Positions 24,236 through 37,680 of a DNA stretch of 64,000 bases are shown here, piece by piece. Position 1 is the first letter of the stretch. Each line of letters starts with the position of its first letter. Below the pieces are notes generated by a model. It had not been told where the DNA came from. It worked only from the letters and a program-made list of their open reading frames with translations, and did no database searches. The position numbers were made by a program, and so were the translations under genes. Origin of the DNA: Sminthopsis crassicaudata (Eukaryota); contig NC_133619.1 of NCBI RefSeq assembly GCF_048593235.1, positions 273,496,454 to 273,560,453 of the forward strand, written 5' to 3'.

Positions 24236-24805
24236 TCAGCTCTATTCCCAAGGCATTTATTAAGCCCCTGCTATCTACCACATACCAGACTAGAAAATGA
24301 GCATTTAAAAAAAATGACAAAAATAAAATAATGCTTGGACTCAAAGAGCTTAAATTGTTTTGTGATGAAACATATTATACATTAAAAATCAAATTTAAAA
24401 TGTTATAACTATATTATAATTAAATATGAACTATAGGTACATGTTGAATATTAAGATGTTTGTTAACAATAGAATGGGGGTTTCAGAGAACACAGTGTAA
24501 GGGGATAATGTAGGATAGGGGCATGAAAGGGATGGTACTGGCCAGGAAAGGAAGCTGCAATCTAGGACACATCAATTCCTAGCCCCTATTACTCTTAGGA
24601 CTTCCTATAATATCTGCCATACAGTTGTACTTTCTTCTATATGTTGTGTCCCCCAGTTTCTGTGAGTTTCTTGAGAATAATACTATTTCTTTTACTAGTT
24701 ATATATCCAGTGCTTAAGGAAGTAATTGGCATATAGTAAGAGCTAAATAAATTTTTTTCATTCATTTATTTATTCATTTAAGTGGACCCACAAGAGTCAT
24801 TCTCA

Positions 24806-24844
<39 letters not shown>

Positions 24845-25065
24845 GTAGCAATAGCAATATTAATTTAATTATAAATCATTAATCAAGAGACAAATAAGTA
24901 GGGAGAGGGAGGCAATATCTAAGTAGTGGTCAGGCCAGGCCATGCTCTTGGTCCTTTCTGTCTAATGGTTAAACCAGAGATCAGAAAAGACTGAGGATTG
25001 GAGTATAATCCTCAACCAAAGCCAGCTCTAGCACAGAACTCACTTCAATTTTTACTAGTGGTGAG

Positions 25066-25088
25066 GGCAATAGTTGTAGTAGTAGTAA

Positions 25089-25145
<57 letters not shown>

Positions 25146-25170
25146 CAGTAGTAATAATAGTAGTAGAAGG
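25066..25170. repeat. (AGT)n microsatellite, about 30 units with interruptions
   Basis: agtagtagtaatagtagtagtagtag...agtagcagtagtaataatagtagtag. Confidence 0.97.
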
Positions 25171-25884
25171 AAGATGAGGATGAAAAGGAAATATAAAAGG
25201 AGGAAGAAGAGGAAGTGGAAGAAAAAGAGAGAGGGGAAAAAAGTATGAGAATTTATTTATTTTTATCATTTGAGAGAGAACCATTCCTCCTTCGAATTTT
25301 GGTTAACTAAACTTTTATCTTAGTATTAAACTCACCTGACCAAAACTTGTTCCATGATGTAAACATTTATTTGGAACCTTAAACATTCCTTAGATAAGAA
25401 GCCATAGGAAAAAATCTCAACTGTCTGAGTTAAATCCTTCTCCTCAATCAGCTTATTTGTGACACCTCTAAATGTAGTTTAATCTATAACCTGACTTAGT
25501 TTACTTATAGAGTTTGTTTGTTTTGTTTCCTTAAGGGAGGTATAAGATTTAACTAAGCTTGCTCAATTTTTATGACATTAGAGGAAATATAGAACTTTGG
25601 ATCCATCTTTCTTTAACTTTTATGACCTAAGAAGAATATACAAGATTGCAATATTTAAATGATTATTCATCTGTCATTCTGATATAATTTTGCCTAAAAG
25701 AAACTTTGTCACAATCCTCATGATTGTTCAGATTTTCTTTCAATCCTCATCTTATCTTTGAGCATGATAATAAAAGCTAAGTTTTTGCCTCCACAATTTC
25801 TGCACTGTGAGAAATATATATTTGGCAGTAATTATTTACCACATAAGCTCAAAGGAGATTTTCACGCATAATGGTAGTAGTTAT

Positions 25885-25962
25885 AGGAGCAATAGAAGGA
25901 GGAGAAAGAGGAGGAGGAGGAAGAATAGGAAAAAAAGGAGGAGGAGGAGGAGTAGAAGAAAA
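25885..25962. repeat. (AGG/AAG) purine-rich low-complexity tract
   Basis: gaaggaggagaaagaggaggaggaggaagaataggaaaaaaaggaggaggaggaggagtagaag. Confidence 0.9.
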
Positions 25963-26039
25963 CATTTATATAACATTTTCTATGTTGCAGGCACCTTGCT
26001 AAGCCTTTACATACACATAATAGGAAAAACAGATCAAGG

Positions 26040-26222
26040 TTTCCTACTTCATCTGAGGTGATGGCCAATCCTCTTGACTCCAATGACACAGGAGGAGAGA
26101 GTGAAGCAGATGACTTTGCACAGCTCTGCTGAATTCACATCCAATTCACTTGCAAGTCAAGACATCACCCTCTTGATATCATTAGCCCACTTCAAGAAGG
26201 AAGGACAAATAATAACAACAAC
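26040..26222 (+). mobile_element. RTE-tailed SINE (WALLSI/RTESINE type), 3' part
   Basis: gatgactttgcacagctctg...ccaattcacttgcaagtcaagacatcacc...cttcaagaaggaaggacaaataataacaac. Confidence 0.8.
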
Positions 26223-27619
26223 ATGTATTGACTCATTTGATCCTTAAAACAACCTTACTAGTGTCTAGTATCAAGTTAACATCTTAAGGTTTTCAAAGAA
26301 CTTTACACATATTATCTCAGTTGAGTGAGTAGATTATTTCTTTCCGTGTCTCAGAAGGGTTAGTACTAAATTTAGAAGAAATAAAAGAGAAATAGAGTCT
26401 GAGATAGACTTTCCCAGAAACTTATAAAAATATAATTAAGTGGATAGAAAATCTTGATTTTTGTCTCTTCTAGAACTAAAAAATCAGGCACCAGAAACAA
26501 ACAGTTGAACTTAAAAGAAATTTCCACCACTCTTGAAACCATATCCTGAATTAGGACTGTTATTATATGTGAATGACAAAATGCAATCTGGGAATGGTTC
26601 TCTTTAAATGCACCTTGAGATCTTGCAGCACTTGATACTTACCTTCATGTTTTTGTATTGGGCATTTCACATGTCTCCATCTCTTTCTTTTGGAATCCCC
26701 CTTTTCCCTCGGTTTTTTCTGCTCCACTTAATTATTAGTACTTCTAGAACCTTAAAATTATTCATATTTACTTAGTACAAGAGTGAGAGTGGAAGCCCGA
26801 TGCATATAATTTAACACGTAAAACCCAGACTTCTTGATTGAATTATCCAAAGATGTAAACTAATAAATCAGACCTAGATCAATTTGGAGGTGTAAAGGAA
26901 TCATTGTATTAAAGGCAGATGAGGAGAAAATAACTTGGGATTGAATGGAAGAATCAGATACATCTCTGGGCATGTATGTCCTCACAGGACAGGAAAGGTC
27001 TCCTAAATGAAAACATAAGCATCTTGAGGAAGAGACAGGAGGCAGCCACAGCACCACCACCAACAGTGACTGTTGATCAAATGCCATTGACCAGTAAGTA
27101 TGACCAAGAGCAGCGACCCTCCTTCCCTCACCAACCCAAACCATTTTTCTTGCTTTAAGCTTAGACTCCACAGGTCATGTCCAGGGAAATGGTTCCTTCA
27201 GAGAAAAAACCAGCTAAATGCCAGAGGCAGCACAAGCAAACAGATCTTAATAAAACAGCAACAATCCTGAGAAAGGCATTGGAGAGAGTTTGGGCCAATC
27301 ACATCAAATGATCACTACCCCCTCAAATACCAACTGCCCTGATGGAGATATCCCAGGACCCTGAGCCCAAGAAGGATGGCAATAGCAACACATCCAGACC
27401 ACTAGCTCAGCTTCCAGCTCAGCCTCTTCAGCTATTTTCCAGAAAATCAATCCTTGTAAAGACAAGACCTAGAAACTATTTCTGCGGTGCTACAGCCCCT
27501 TTTCTCCAAAAGTCACAACTACTGAAGACTTAGAAAAGTCCTTGGTGCTGTCAAATGATCGAGCTTCAGAAATACTTATAGTTTCATAAGTATAAAAAGC
27601 ATTTTCAGAGATAAACAAT

Positions 27620-27720
27620 CAGGGTTAATAGGTCCAGAGTCACCCAGCCAATAAGTATCTGAGGCTAGACTTCTATTCCAGGGCTGGTGTTTTACCAATG
27701 CATCACCTAGCTGCCCCATA
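27620..27720 (-). mobile_element. WSINE/CORE SINE fragment
   Basis: cagggttaa...gtcacccagcc...agtatctgaggc...ccagggctggtg...catcacctagctgcccc. Confidence 0.75.
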
Positions 27721-27944
27721 AATACAGTTTTTAATGACATATGATCACCCCTTTTGCCTCTCATCTAAAGCACCATAGGGCCTTTCTAATTAACTCATAG
27801 CTAGTATCTCCTATATGTGTCACCTTCCTCATGAACTCCTTAAGAGCATGGACAGTTTTGTTTTTATATTTGTATCCCTAGGAATTTGTTCTCTCCCTTC
27901 TCACATTACCCTGTATTTATTTATCTGCCACCTAATCCTGTTTT

Positions 27945-28065
27945 CCTCAGCTTCCTCATCTGTAAAATGAGCTGGAGAAGGAATGATAAATCACTCCAAT
28001 ACCTTTGCCAAGAAAACCCCAAATGAAGTCACCAAGACATGACTGCAGTGACTGAACAACAACAA
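27945..28065 (+). mobile_element. MAR1-type SINE, 3' half
   Basis: cctcagcttcctcatctgtaaaatgagctggagaaggaa...ctttgccaagaaaaccccaaatg...gactgaacaacaac. Confidence 0.9.
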
Positions 28066-31000
28066 ATTGCTCTCATGTTATCTTTCCTAAGTTCCTTGAG
28101 AGCAAGGATCTCCGATCTTAACCACAACTTAAATCTTAATAAGTACTTAATAAACACTTTTCATTAATGTATACATTCATTCATTCATTTATGTTATATA
28201 TTCCAACAGAATATGAACTATTTGAGAACAATAATTGATGTGTTGTTTGTCGTTTGGACCAACATAGTTCATTGCATATTGTAAATACTTAATAAATATT
28301 ACTTGAATTGAATTGGATATTTCTCAATACTGTCTTCACCAAATCTCACTCTAACCACATCTCCTAAAAGCCCAGTTCTATTAACACTGCAAAAGATAGC
28401 ATATATGAGGATTCCTAAAATCTCCCCTTACTTATATTCAGACAACTTACACCTTTTATCCAATAACACACCCACTAAATATTTAAATCCTAATTCTAAA
28501 TTCAGTGTAACTAAGGGTTACACTGCTCCATTAGGTTTATAATTTTAATCATGTAAATTTCATTTGATTAGCATTCTTGAGTGAAATTAAAACATAAAAA
28601 TGGGTTACCACTTCTGTATTTTCCCTTTCTTAAAATGAAAACATAAATCAAGTTTTCCAGAATTGTTTTAGTATTTCCTCTAATGCTTGTTTTAGAAAAT
28701 TTTAAAATTTCTTTTCCCATTAATCTTGGCAATTCACAGTAGATTTCCCCAAAGGCCATACCTCAACACACCCACCTACTAAATCTAAATTTTTTTTTTT
28801 GTCTGTACAAGCAGTGGGACTGATCCAAAAAGAAAAGAGAGCACTAAGGATGCTCATCCTATGAATAAGCCTTACTCACAGCTTCTGTTCTTCATTAGTT
28901 AGATTACTTTAAAACATTTTACCATTTTCGCAGTCAAAAAAAGAAAACTTACAGGAGCAAAACATCTTCAAATTTCAATTTGTTCATTAAGGACAAATAA
29001 CTTTTTTTTTTCTTCTCCTTTTTAAAAGATGAAACCATAAGTGTATCCTTTAAATCAAGTGCTTCAAAATAGTCCTACATGATCTGTGCACACACACACA
29101 CACACACAACCCCTAGCAACAATTATCTTTAACTAAAGAACAAGTAAAAGCAATGTCTCAGCTAGGATATGATTAATCCTGGGCTTTGCCCTGGACTATC
29201 AGATTTAAAAGCTGCTGAGAATGTGCAGAGCATTGACTGGGTTTACATTCCTTCAGTAGTGCAGAAACAATAGAATTTGGCTCTCAGATACTGAAAATAA
29301 TTGGAGTATATAGGAAACTACTAGATGACAGGCAGGTGTGAAGATTTGATACATCCCTACTCTGCCATTCCCCCTTCCATGTAAGCTCTCTGGGTATATT
29401 GCTTTATGTCCTAAGGCCTCTGACAAAAAATCTCTACCCATTCCACATGCACACACACACACACACTCAATTGAAGTCATACTTTGAATTGTTTCTCCTG
29501 GGCTTAGTTTATGGTTATTACCATGATTGTAAGTATTGGGAGCTTGCTTTTTTGTATTATGAATTCAATAATCAGATACAAATACATATGTATACAAGGA
29601 ACAAAATGGAGGATTGTACATGAAAATGTGAATTTTTATTGCATAGAGTTTTTTATTTACGTGTAGCTTAAATTTAACAAGGCAGGGACAGGATTATTCT
29701 ATTAGAATTATATTACTCCTATATTCACTGTATTCATCAAGTAAATTCAAAAGATGAAGATCTAACTAAGGAATAAATAAATGTTCTCAAGTGGTTTGCT
29801 TTGGTTTATTTCTGAAACTTAGACCACATCAGTTAGTTAGTCCTTCAACAAATAATGTTTAAATCCAGGTCCCAAGTCTGATGCTAAGCATTCTCACTTA
29901 AAAGATCCTAAATGTTTTCCCCCAATGTCCCAACCTTCTAAGCTGCATCTGCTGCTCTTCCCTTTCAACTGTAGCATTATTCAACTTTAGCTGTCCTTTT
30001 ATAAGCAACTAATTGATCATCTGCATAATGTTGTTACTGCCTAGTTCTTTTCTCTTCACTCACCAACAGTTCCTGAAAGCCTTTCTAGGCTTTTCTGAAA
30101 TCAGTCTGTTCATCATTTCTTATAGAACAATGAGATTCCATTATATCCTTATACCACAATTTGTTCAGTCATTCCCCAACTGATGAACATCCCTTGGTTT
30201 CCATCACAAAGTTATTTCTAAACCTAGATGCTTCCATTGAGATAAATACTTGTTCGGATAAAGAAAGAACACAAAACTGGAAAAGGCAATCACATACTCA
30301 AGAGCAAGCTCATCAAGTATAATTCTTCTACACTAGCTGCCATGTGGATATGGTCATCATGATGCTCAAGTAGAAAGAGTCCCAGCCTTTCTTCAGCCAT
30401 TACTGGAAGTCTAAAAATTATCTAATACAACCTGAGAAATCAAATGAATAGAGTCAAGTTGGAAAATGCCTTTCTTTTAACTGATGCTTTACCACTCATT
30501 CCTCCTTCTTGATATCCTAGAATGAGGAAAAACCAAGGAACTCCTCAGTTTGCCACATCATATCAGAACTCAAATATCTTTCACAATGACTCAGCAAGTG
30601 ACTGGAAACAGTTCTGAAAGGTCCCAGACTAAACCAGACTAAAACCAGAAGAGCAACTCTGGAAATGCTCCATCAGGTGTTCCCTATGAGCTAAGTCAGC
30701 CTGTATTAAGTCTTTTCAAGTCCTAAGCATTTGAACATCATTCTCATTTTAACTGAATAGTCCCCACATCTAAGTCTGTTTAGCATTGCTGTATTGATTC
30801 ACTTTTAAGGTCCAGGGTAGAGGAAATCAAATGTAAATGTTTAGAACCTCTCCTGGTGGATTTTCTTTTGTTTTAGCAATATAATATTCTAAATGTGAAA
30901 ACTAGACCTGAATATGATTGGCTTGAATTCAAATTCAGGTAATCTAACAATTTTAATCTCCCAAAGCTCCTGCTGAGCCCCAATTATTCTGGCTCTTCTG

Positions 31001-32839
31001 GCAGCTCTGTGAATAGCATTTTTCCTATTACATAAATACACTGTTGAACATTGAACACGCTAAATATTCATTTAATGACTGAAATAAAATGCTTTCTTTT
31101 TCTAGGGCAATTTTGGAGATGATAGCTGGCATAGATAACGTTGTTTTGGGAGTCAGAAGGCATGGTGTTGATTCTCAATACTGCTAACTACTTATGTGAC
31201 CTTGGATTAGCCCTCTCTCAGTTCAACTTTTCTCCTCTATAAAACGTGGAGATTGACCTACATAGACATTATAGCTCTAAAGCCACTTATTCTGGTTTCT
31301 CTGCTAGATGTCTACTGGCCAACTTTAAAAGGGTTAGCCATTTAAGTTGGTGTCAAAATCAGATACAGAGTTTATATGAACTGAGTCCTGGCTCTAAGAA
31401 ATAGATATATATGCTTTTATAAATTTCTTAGAGTTTTTTATGGCATAAAATACACACTTTTTAGCTTGGATTTCAAAGTCTTAAATCTGTCTGTAGTCTA
31501 TCTTTCTAGATTTATTTTATATTTCTTCCCTTTACTCGCATTCTGTTCCAGACAAATTAGATTTCTTTCTCTGACCTTGGGATTCCATTCTTTTGGCATT
31601 CTCCCATACCTAGAGAATGTTCTTTCTTAACCTCTATCTCTTAGGACCTTTTCAATTAGGACCTCTTAGGACCAATTCTATTCAGTTCAGTTCAATTTAA
31701 TAGGCATATGTGAAGTTCTGGGAATGCAAAATAAAAATGACAATAGTCTCTACTTTCAAGAAGCTGATTTTATACTGGAGTAGGGATGGGTGAAAGGAAG
31801 CAAAATATAGTTCAATCCAATTTTTTAAATATGTTAGTTAATCCAATTAGATCCAAAATGTATGTAAATATAAAGGAATAGATTACCCCCTCTAAATTGA
31901 TGTAGTTACAGAATGATGTCATAAAAGAAATTTTAGTGTGCTAACAAGGTGTTGACTATGATATATGAACACCAATCTCTAACAGAATTAAAAAGAGCAA
32001 TCTCATTTGATAAGCAAAAAAATTAGCCATGGTCTGGGGGAAAGAGACTATATAATTAATTGTATAGTTTCAGGGGCATTTTAGAGAGAAGACACTTGCA
32101 AGGAAGAAGCTATTTCTCTCCCCTCATCATTAGCTATAGATTCTAGTATCAAACAAGATCTCCCATTTTATAACCTGAGAGACTGATAAAGTAAAATATA
32201 CAAGGAGACACAGATACTTAGAAATACTCAGATAAAGGAGGAAGGAAGCATTTTCAAGGAGTGTGAACCTTTTGAGAGAAGAGACTTTGGACTCAAGAGA
32301 GAGCTAGCCCTGGCAATCAAAAGTTGATCTGCATTAAAGATTTTAAATAGAGAGAATTTCAAGGCTCTGAAGTTCTAGTGTTTAAGTTACATTGGCACTT
32401 GTATTCTATTATATGTGTGCCTCACTATCTTGGTACTATAAGCTTATGCTTACTCTTCTCTATGCATGTTTTCAGGAAAGTATATCCCAGGTTTATGGGG
32501 GGGATTTAATATCTACTGCTTTTATTATAACATGTTAGTCAATGCATTTTCTAAGAGCTAATAATATCTACTGGCTGGTTTTTAAGGAGAAGTACACTGC
32601 TGGGGGCTCATGAACTACAAGGATAGGGATACAGATCAATAGAGTTATCCTTAGAATTTGAGAAAGCAGCTGCCTTCTGAGGACACATTTGAGAGGTATA
32701 AGACCAAACAGGGAGAATGACCCAGAGGGAGTGTGCTGCACAAATACATAGTAAGTTGCTGAAAATGTAGCAGCAATTATTTATTTATTTATTTGTTTTA
32801 TTTTTTGTGGTGGCAGGGAACTGGAAATTAACTGGATAA

Positions 32840-33397
32840 CCATTTGTTGGGGAATTGCTGAATTAGTTATGGAATATAAATGTAATGGAATATTATTATT
32901 CTATAAGAAATGATGATCAGGCTGATTTCAGGAATACCTGGAAATACTTACACAAACCTGAGTAAAGTGAGCAGAACCAAGAGAACATTGTACACAATAA
33001 CAGCAACATTATGTAATGTTCAACTGTGATGGACTTGGCTCTTCTCAGTAATACAGTGATCCAAGATAATTTCCACAGACTTAGGAAGGAAAATGCCATT
33101 CACACCCAGAGAGAGAACTATGGAGACTGAATGCAGATTGAATCATAGTATTTTCACTATTTTTTATTTGGTTGGCTTTTTTCTCATGGTTTTTTTCTTT
33201 TGCTCTGATCTTTCTTTCACAACAGGACTAATATGACAATATGGTTAAAATTATTTTATATGTATAACCTATATCAAATTACTTGCTGTATTAGGAAGGG
33301 AGAAGGTAAGGGAGAAGTGACAAAAAATTTAGAACACAAAATCTTACAAAAATGAATGTTGAAAACTATCTTTACATGTTATTGGAAAAATAAAATA
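32840..33397 (+). mobile_element. L1 3' end (ORF2 C-terminus and 3' UTR)
   Basis: gtaatggaatattatt...gagcagaaccaagagaacattgtacacaataacagcaacatt...ggagactgaatgcagattg...ttgaaaactatctttacatgt. Confidence 0.9.
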
Positions 33398-33429
33398 ATG
33401 CTGTGGGTTTTTTTTAAAGTAAGTGCTAG

Positions 33430-33654
33430 CAAGATAACTGTATAGATATATGTATATATTGGATTTAACATATAATTTAACATATTTAACATGTATTGGA
33501 CTACCTGCCATCTAGGGGAGGAGGTTGGGGGGAAAGAGGGGAATATTTGGAACAGAAGTTTTTGCAAAGGTCAATGCTGAAAAAAATTATCCATGCATAT
33601 GTTTTGTAAATAAAAAGATATAACAATAAAGAAATTTTAAAAATTAAAAAATAA
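33430..33654 (+). mobile_element. 5'-truncated young L1 3' tail with a 14-bp target-site duplication
   Basis: TSD aaagtaagtgctag at 33416-33429 and 33655-33668. The left copy follows a T run (TT/AAA L1 endonuclease-type site). The body ends catgcatatgttttgtaaataaaaag plus an A-rich tail. Confidence 0.92.
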
Positions 33655-33689
33655 AAAGTAAGTGCTAGTAGGTAGAGTACCAACATTTT

Positions 33690-34170
33690 AGGAAATCTCT
33701 CTTGTAATAGGAGTAGAGCCTAAAAGGGACCTAGTGTTTTCAAAAGTTGGACATGAGGAAGGAGAGAATTCCAGGAAAGTTCAATGCAAAAGGCATAGAA
33801 GCAAGAGGTACAATGTCATGTATGGGGAGCAGTAAGTAGGTCAATTTAGCTAGAATATAGAGTGTATGAGGAGTAATTATATGTAATCAGTCTAGAAAGT
33901 AAGATTGGAGTCATACTGTGACATGCTTGAATTTCTAAAAAGTGTTTATATTTTATCCTAGGGAGCAACTGAAATTTCTCAATCCGGAGACAGATATGAT
34001 CAGACTTCTACCTTAGTAATATTAATTGGCAGCTATTTAAGAGCTAGATAGGAAAGGGGAGAGACTAGATGCAGGAAGATCAAGTAAATGCTAATCCAGT
34101 GGTTCAAGTAAGGATTGATGAAGGTTTGAATTAGGGTAGTTGTAGTTCAAGTGAAAGGAATGGGGAAATA
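33690..34170 (-). mobile_element. L2 LINE fragment
   Basis: gcaaaaggcatagaagcaagagg...gtaaga ttggagtcatactgtg...ttttatcctaggg...gagactagatgcaggaaga resembles reverse L2. Confidence 0.7.
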
Positions 34171-34604
34171 CCACAGGTACTATTTTAAGCTCAACTCACA
34201 TACTTTTCCTTCAAGAAACCCTTTCTGACCACTCTAGTTAGCATTTTTCCCATCCTCAAATTATACTGTATTTACTAATCTGTTGCATTCTCCTACCCAT
34301 TAATATAAGCTCCAAAAGAGCAGGTATTGTGCCTCCCCCTTCCATTGCAAGCCCCATCATTAATACTTTCTCCCCATGGCTCTCTCTACAGGAGAGTCTC
34401 TTCCCAATTAGAATGCAAATCTCCTGATATAATTCCTCTTTATTCAAAAGAAGACCTCTAAAGGGGGTTGCAGGGAAGCAGCAGCTCTGAGAGCTTCTCT
34501 CAATGAACAATCAGCTCCTGTGTTCAGTCATCATTGCAGGTGTATTTAGATAAATGGACATGCCTGTATTAAACTTTTGCATCCTTTCTACCTCTTTTGT
34601 TTTC

Positions 34605-35035
34605 TAAGACACAGGTGATGTCTTGACTATACATGAATTGATTTAAGTGAGGCAGAGATGTACAAAGTCATCAGTCTCTCTTTTCCTGAATCACTGAAGT
34701 CCAATGGCAGGACAAAAGTCAAAATGACTGGAGATGGTCCAGGACGCAGTAGATGATGACCTTGGCATCTTTAATCACTGACCAAGCTCTAAGGGCTCCA
34801 CAGCACCTACTTCAATTGTCTTTATGGTCATTGGAACAAATTGTTCTCATCCACCCATTCCACAGGGGAGGTTTTCACATCCTTGGGATAGACATCTCTC
34901 TAAATCATCAATGGGATAGAGACCTGTCAGTTACCGTCAAATTGGTTTAGCACATCTACCTAGACAGTTTTATCTGAGTGTGGCTGCTGACATGCTACAG
35001 TTTCTGGGAGCCACAGATGAGAGTTGGATGTGAGT
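34605..35035 (-). mobile_element. RTE-tailed SINE (WALLSI/RTESINE type)
   Basis: gtgatgtcttgact...gatttaagtgaggcagag...gaccaagctctaagggctccacagcacc...ggaacaaattgttctcatccacccattcc...catgctacagtttctgggagccacag. Confidence 0.88.
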
Positions 35036-36019
35036 TTTAATTCACTTACCAATTGGCAAAAATGCAAATGATATGGATGGTTAATGTTAGAAGATCTATA
35101 GAGAAATAGGCATACTAAACTGGTCAAACCATTTTGGAAAAAAATTTTTCATTATGTTGATGAAACCACTAATATGGCCATATTCTTTGATGCAAACCAC
35201 ACTATTAAACAAGTTTGTATCCCAAAGACTTCAAAGACAAAATAGTTCCCATGTACCTGCAATACTCTGGTTATGAAGCTAAAAATAAAAAAGTTGAAAT
35301 TTCTTTCTCATTAATAGAAGTAAGATTATATCACATTTGGAAATTTTTCAAAGTTTCATTGACACCTTAATTTTAAACTACTGACTTAATCCGGAATACA
35401 ATAATACTGATTTGGGAGTTTGGGACATTGAGTTTATGAATTGAAGTATTGTTATAACATTGTAAGAAAGTTTTTAATTGGTTATAAAGTGCTACACCCA
35501 CTCTCTACACAGGCATATGATTTGAATAGGATGCATTTTGGTTGAAGCTGCCTCTAATCAGAAGGGTTTTTCTCATATTCTTTGGTCCCTTTGCTGAAAT
35601 GCAAGGTACAAATTTATGGATATCTTAGATTATGATTTACATTTAGGATTTCTCTCCAAAAAAAGGGAGTAGAAAAATAATTCAACTTCTAATATGAATC
35701 ATAAATAGGACAGATAATTTATTCCTACACACACATCCTAAGCATAAAATACTCATCATATGCATTAACAGAATAACTTAAAATAGAATTCAATAACGAC
35801 TCATAACTACTGTTATAATCTGCTGGGGGGCTGATGGTTAAAATCTCAACAGAAAATTGTGGGATTATGGATAAACCATTTTACATTATATTTTGGCTTT
35901 GCACCATCTCAACATCTCCTGAAACATGTTTATTGGTAAAACAGACAGTGTTGGACCATATTCTTGTCAATGGCTGTCCCCTGTGAGACTGCTGAAGTAA
36001 ACGCCATTGACTCCTCCTC

Positions 36020-36232
36020 AAACAGGACAGCAAGGTGGTATGGTAGGTAATGCACCATTTTCCTGAGTTCAGATCTAGTCTCAAACATTAACTAGCTATG
36101 TAACTCTGGGCAAGTAACATAACCTCATTTTCTTCATCTGAAAATGAGCTAAAAAAGGAAATGATAAATTCTTTCCCGCTAGTATCTTTACCAAGAAAAT
36201 CTTAAATAGAGTCATGAAAAGTCGACTGAATA
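36020..36232 (+). mobile_element. MAR1-type SINE
   Basis: cctgagttcagatctagtctcaaac...ctctgggcaagt...aaaatgagct...gtatctttaccaagaaaatc...gtcgactgaa. Confidence 0.8.
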
Positions 36233-37389
36233 CATAAATTCACACATCGCAGGTAATGGGAAGAAGGTTTAGCAATCTCTTCCTGGGGGAAGTTGAAACC
36301 AAAGGATAAGGGAGAAGTTGTAGAGGACCCTGTAAAAAATGCAATTCATCACAGATAAAAGAGAATTGTGCCTCTTGTTTTGAGCGATTTTGTCTTTTTA
36401 TGAGTTTTCTGTTTTTGTTTATAAGTTTTCTATGTGTCATTTATGTTTTTTTTTTACATTTTCTGTGGAGTGAAATAAAGGCTGCCCTACACCAGATATC
36501 ATAGCTAACTTGAATACTTGTATGGGAACTTTGGGAAGTGGTCACCCACTTCCTTGGAAATGCACATATGAACTACATTCAGGTCTCCTAGAGAAAATAA
36601 TTGGTGGAAGCAGAAATAGTCAAGGAAAGCACTCCCAATTAGACATATTCCCTCCCATAAGTCTAAAACTTAAAAGCCCTGGGTCATGGTTTTAGTTTCA
36701 AATGAACACATTTGTTATTCAAATGAAAATAAAAGTGTTTGAAATTTGTCTGATTAAGTATGATCTGAAGCTCAAGCCAACTGACACATATTTTTAAATT
36801 CCAAAATACCCCATGTGGAGTTCAGTAATGGGGAAGAACTACAGAATAGATAAATGGGTATTGGGTGAATGTGTTTCTGAATATCAAATACGGAAGGGTT
36901 AAATTACAAATAAAATCTATTCCAAATGGATTAAAGTACACTGTCTCTCATAATTTGTTATAGGAGAGATTTCTATTCTACCTAGGCATTTGAGAACAAA
37001 GGGTTAGGGTTAAATTAAAACTTAGACAAAGTAGTAGAGAAGGCCCAACTCATGACTTGTGCTGTTCTGGGATTAGAAAGTAAGTAGAGATCTAGAGGGA
37101 AGTAGCCCACATATAGATCCATTAAGCAGAATGAATTCTAGGTTGCAAAGAAACTGAAAGAGAAAATTACACAATTATGGTTCCAACATTCTTATTGGGA
37201 GCCATCTGACTTAACCTTCTCATGTTATAAATGATAGCCTGGGAAAGATAAATCACAAACTATTCCTTCTTACCTCCCCTCTAACATCAAGTTACTACAT
37301 TCTAAAAAAATTTATTTCTCTTCCAAACCATCTCTGTCTGGAATTGGACAGCATGTTTTATCATGAGTCCTCTGGAACCATGGTTGGTC

Positions 37390-37680
37390 ACCATGTTGAT
37401 CAGAACTCCTAGGTTACTCAAAGTTAATTAGTTGTACACAATATTACTATTACTGTATACAGTGTTCTCCTGGTTCTGCTCACTTCTTTTCATAAAAGTC
37501 TTCCCAAGTTTTTTTCTGAAACCATCCCCTCTTTCATTTCTTATAGTACAATTCTTGCTATTCCATCACATTCCCATAACTTTTTCAGCTATTCCCCATT
37601 TTCTGGGTATCCCCTGTGTTTCCAATTCTTTGTCACCACAAAAACAGCTGCTAAAATATTTTTGTACATATGGAGAACTA
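37390..37680 (-). mobile_element. L1 3' fragment
   Basis: tgtacacaatattactattactgtatacagtgttctcctggttctgctcacttc...ccacaaaaacagctgcta.aa.atttttgtacat. Confidence 0.85.

Noticed and set aside
32061-32740. Possible old solo LTR (TG...CA)
   Set aside because: No convincing TSD or recognisable LTR consensus, so it is left unannotated.
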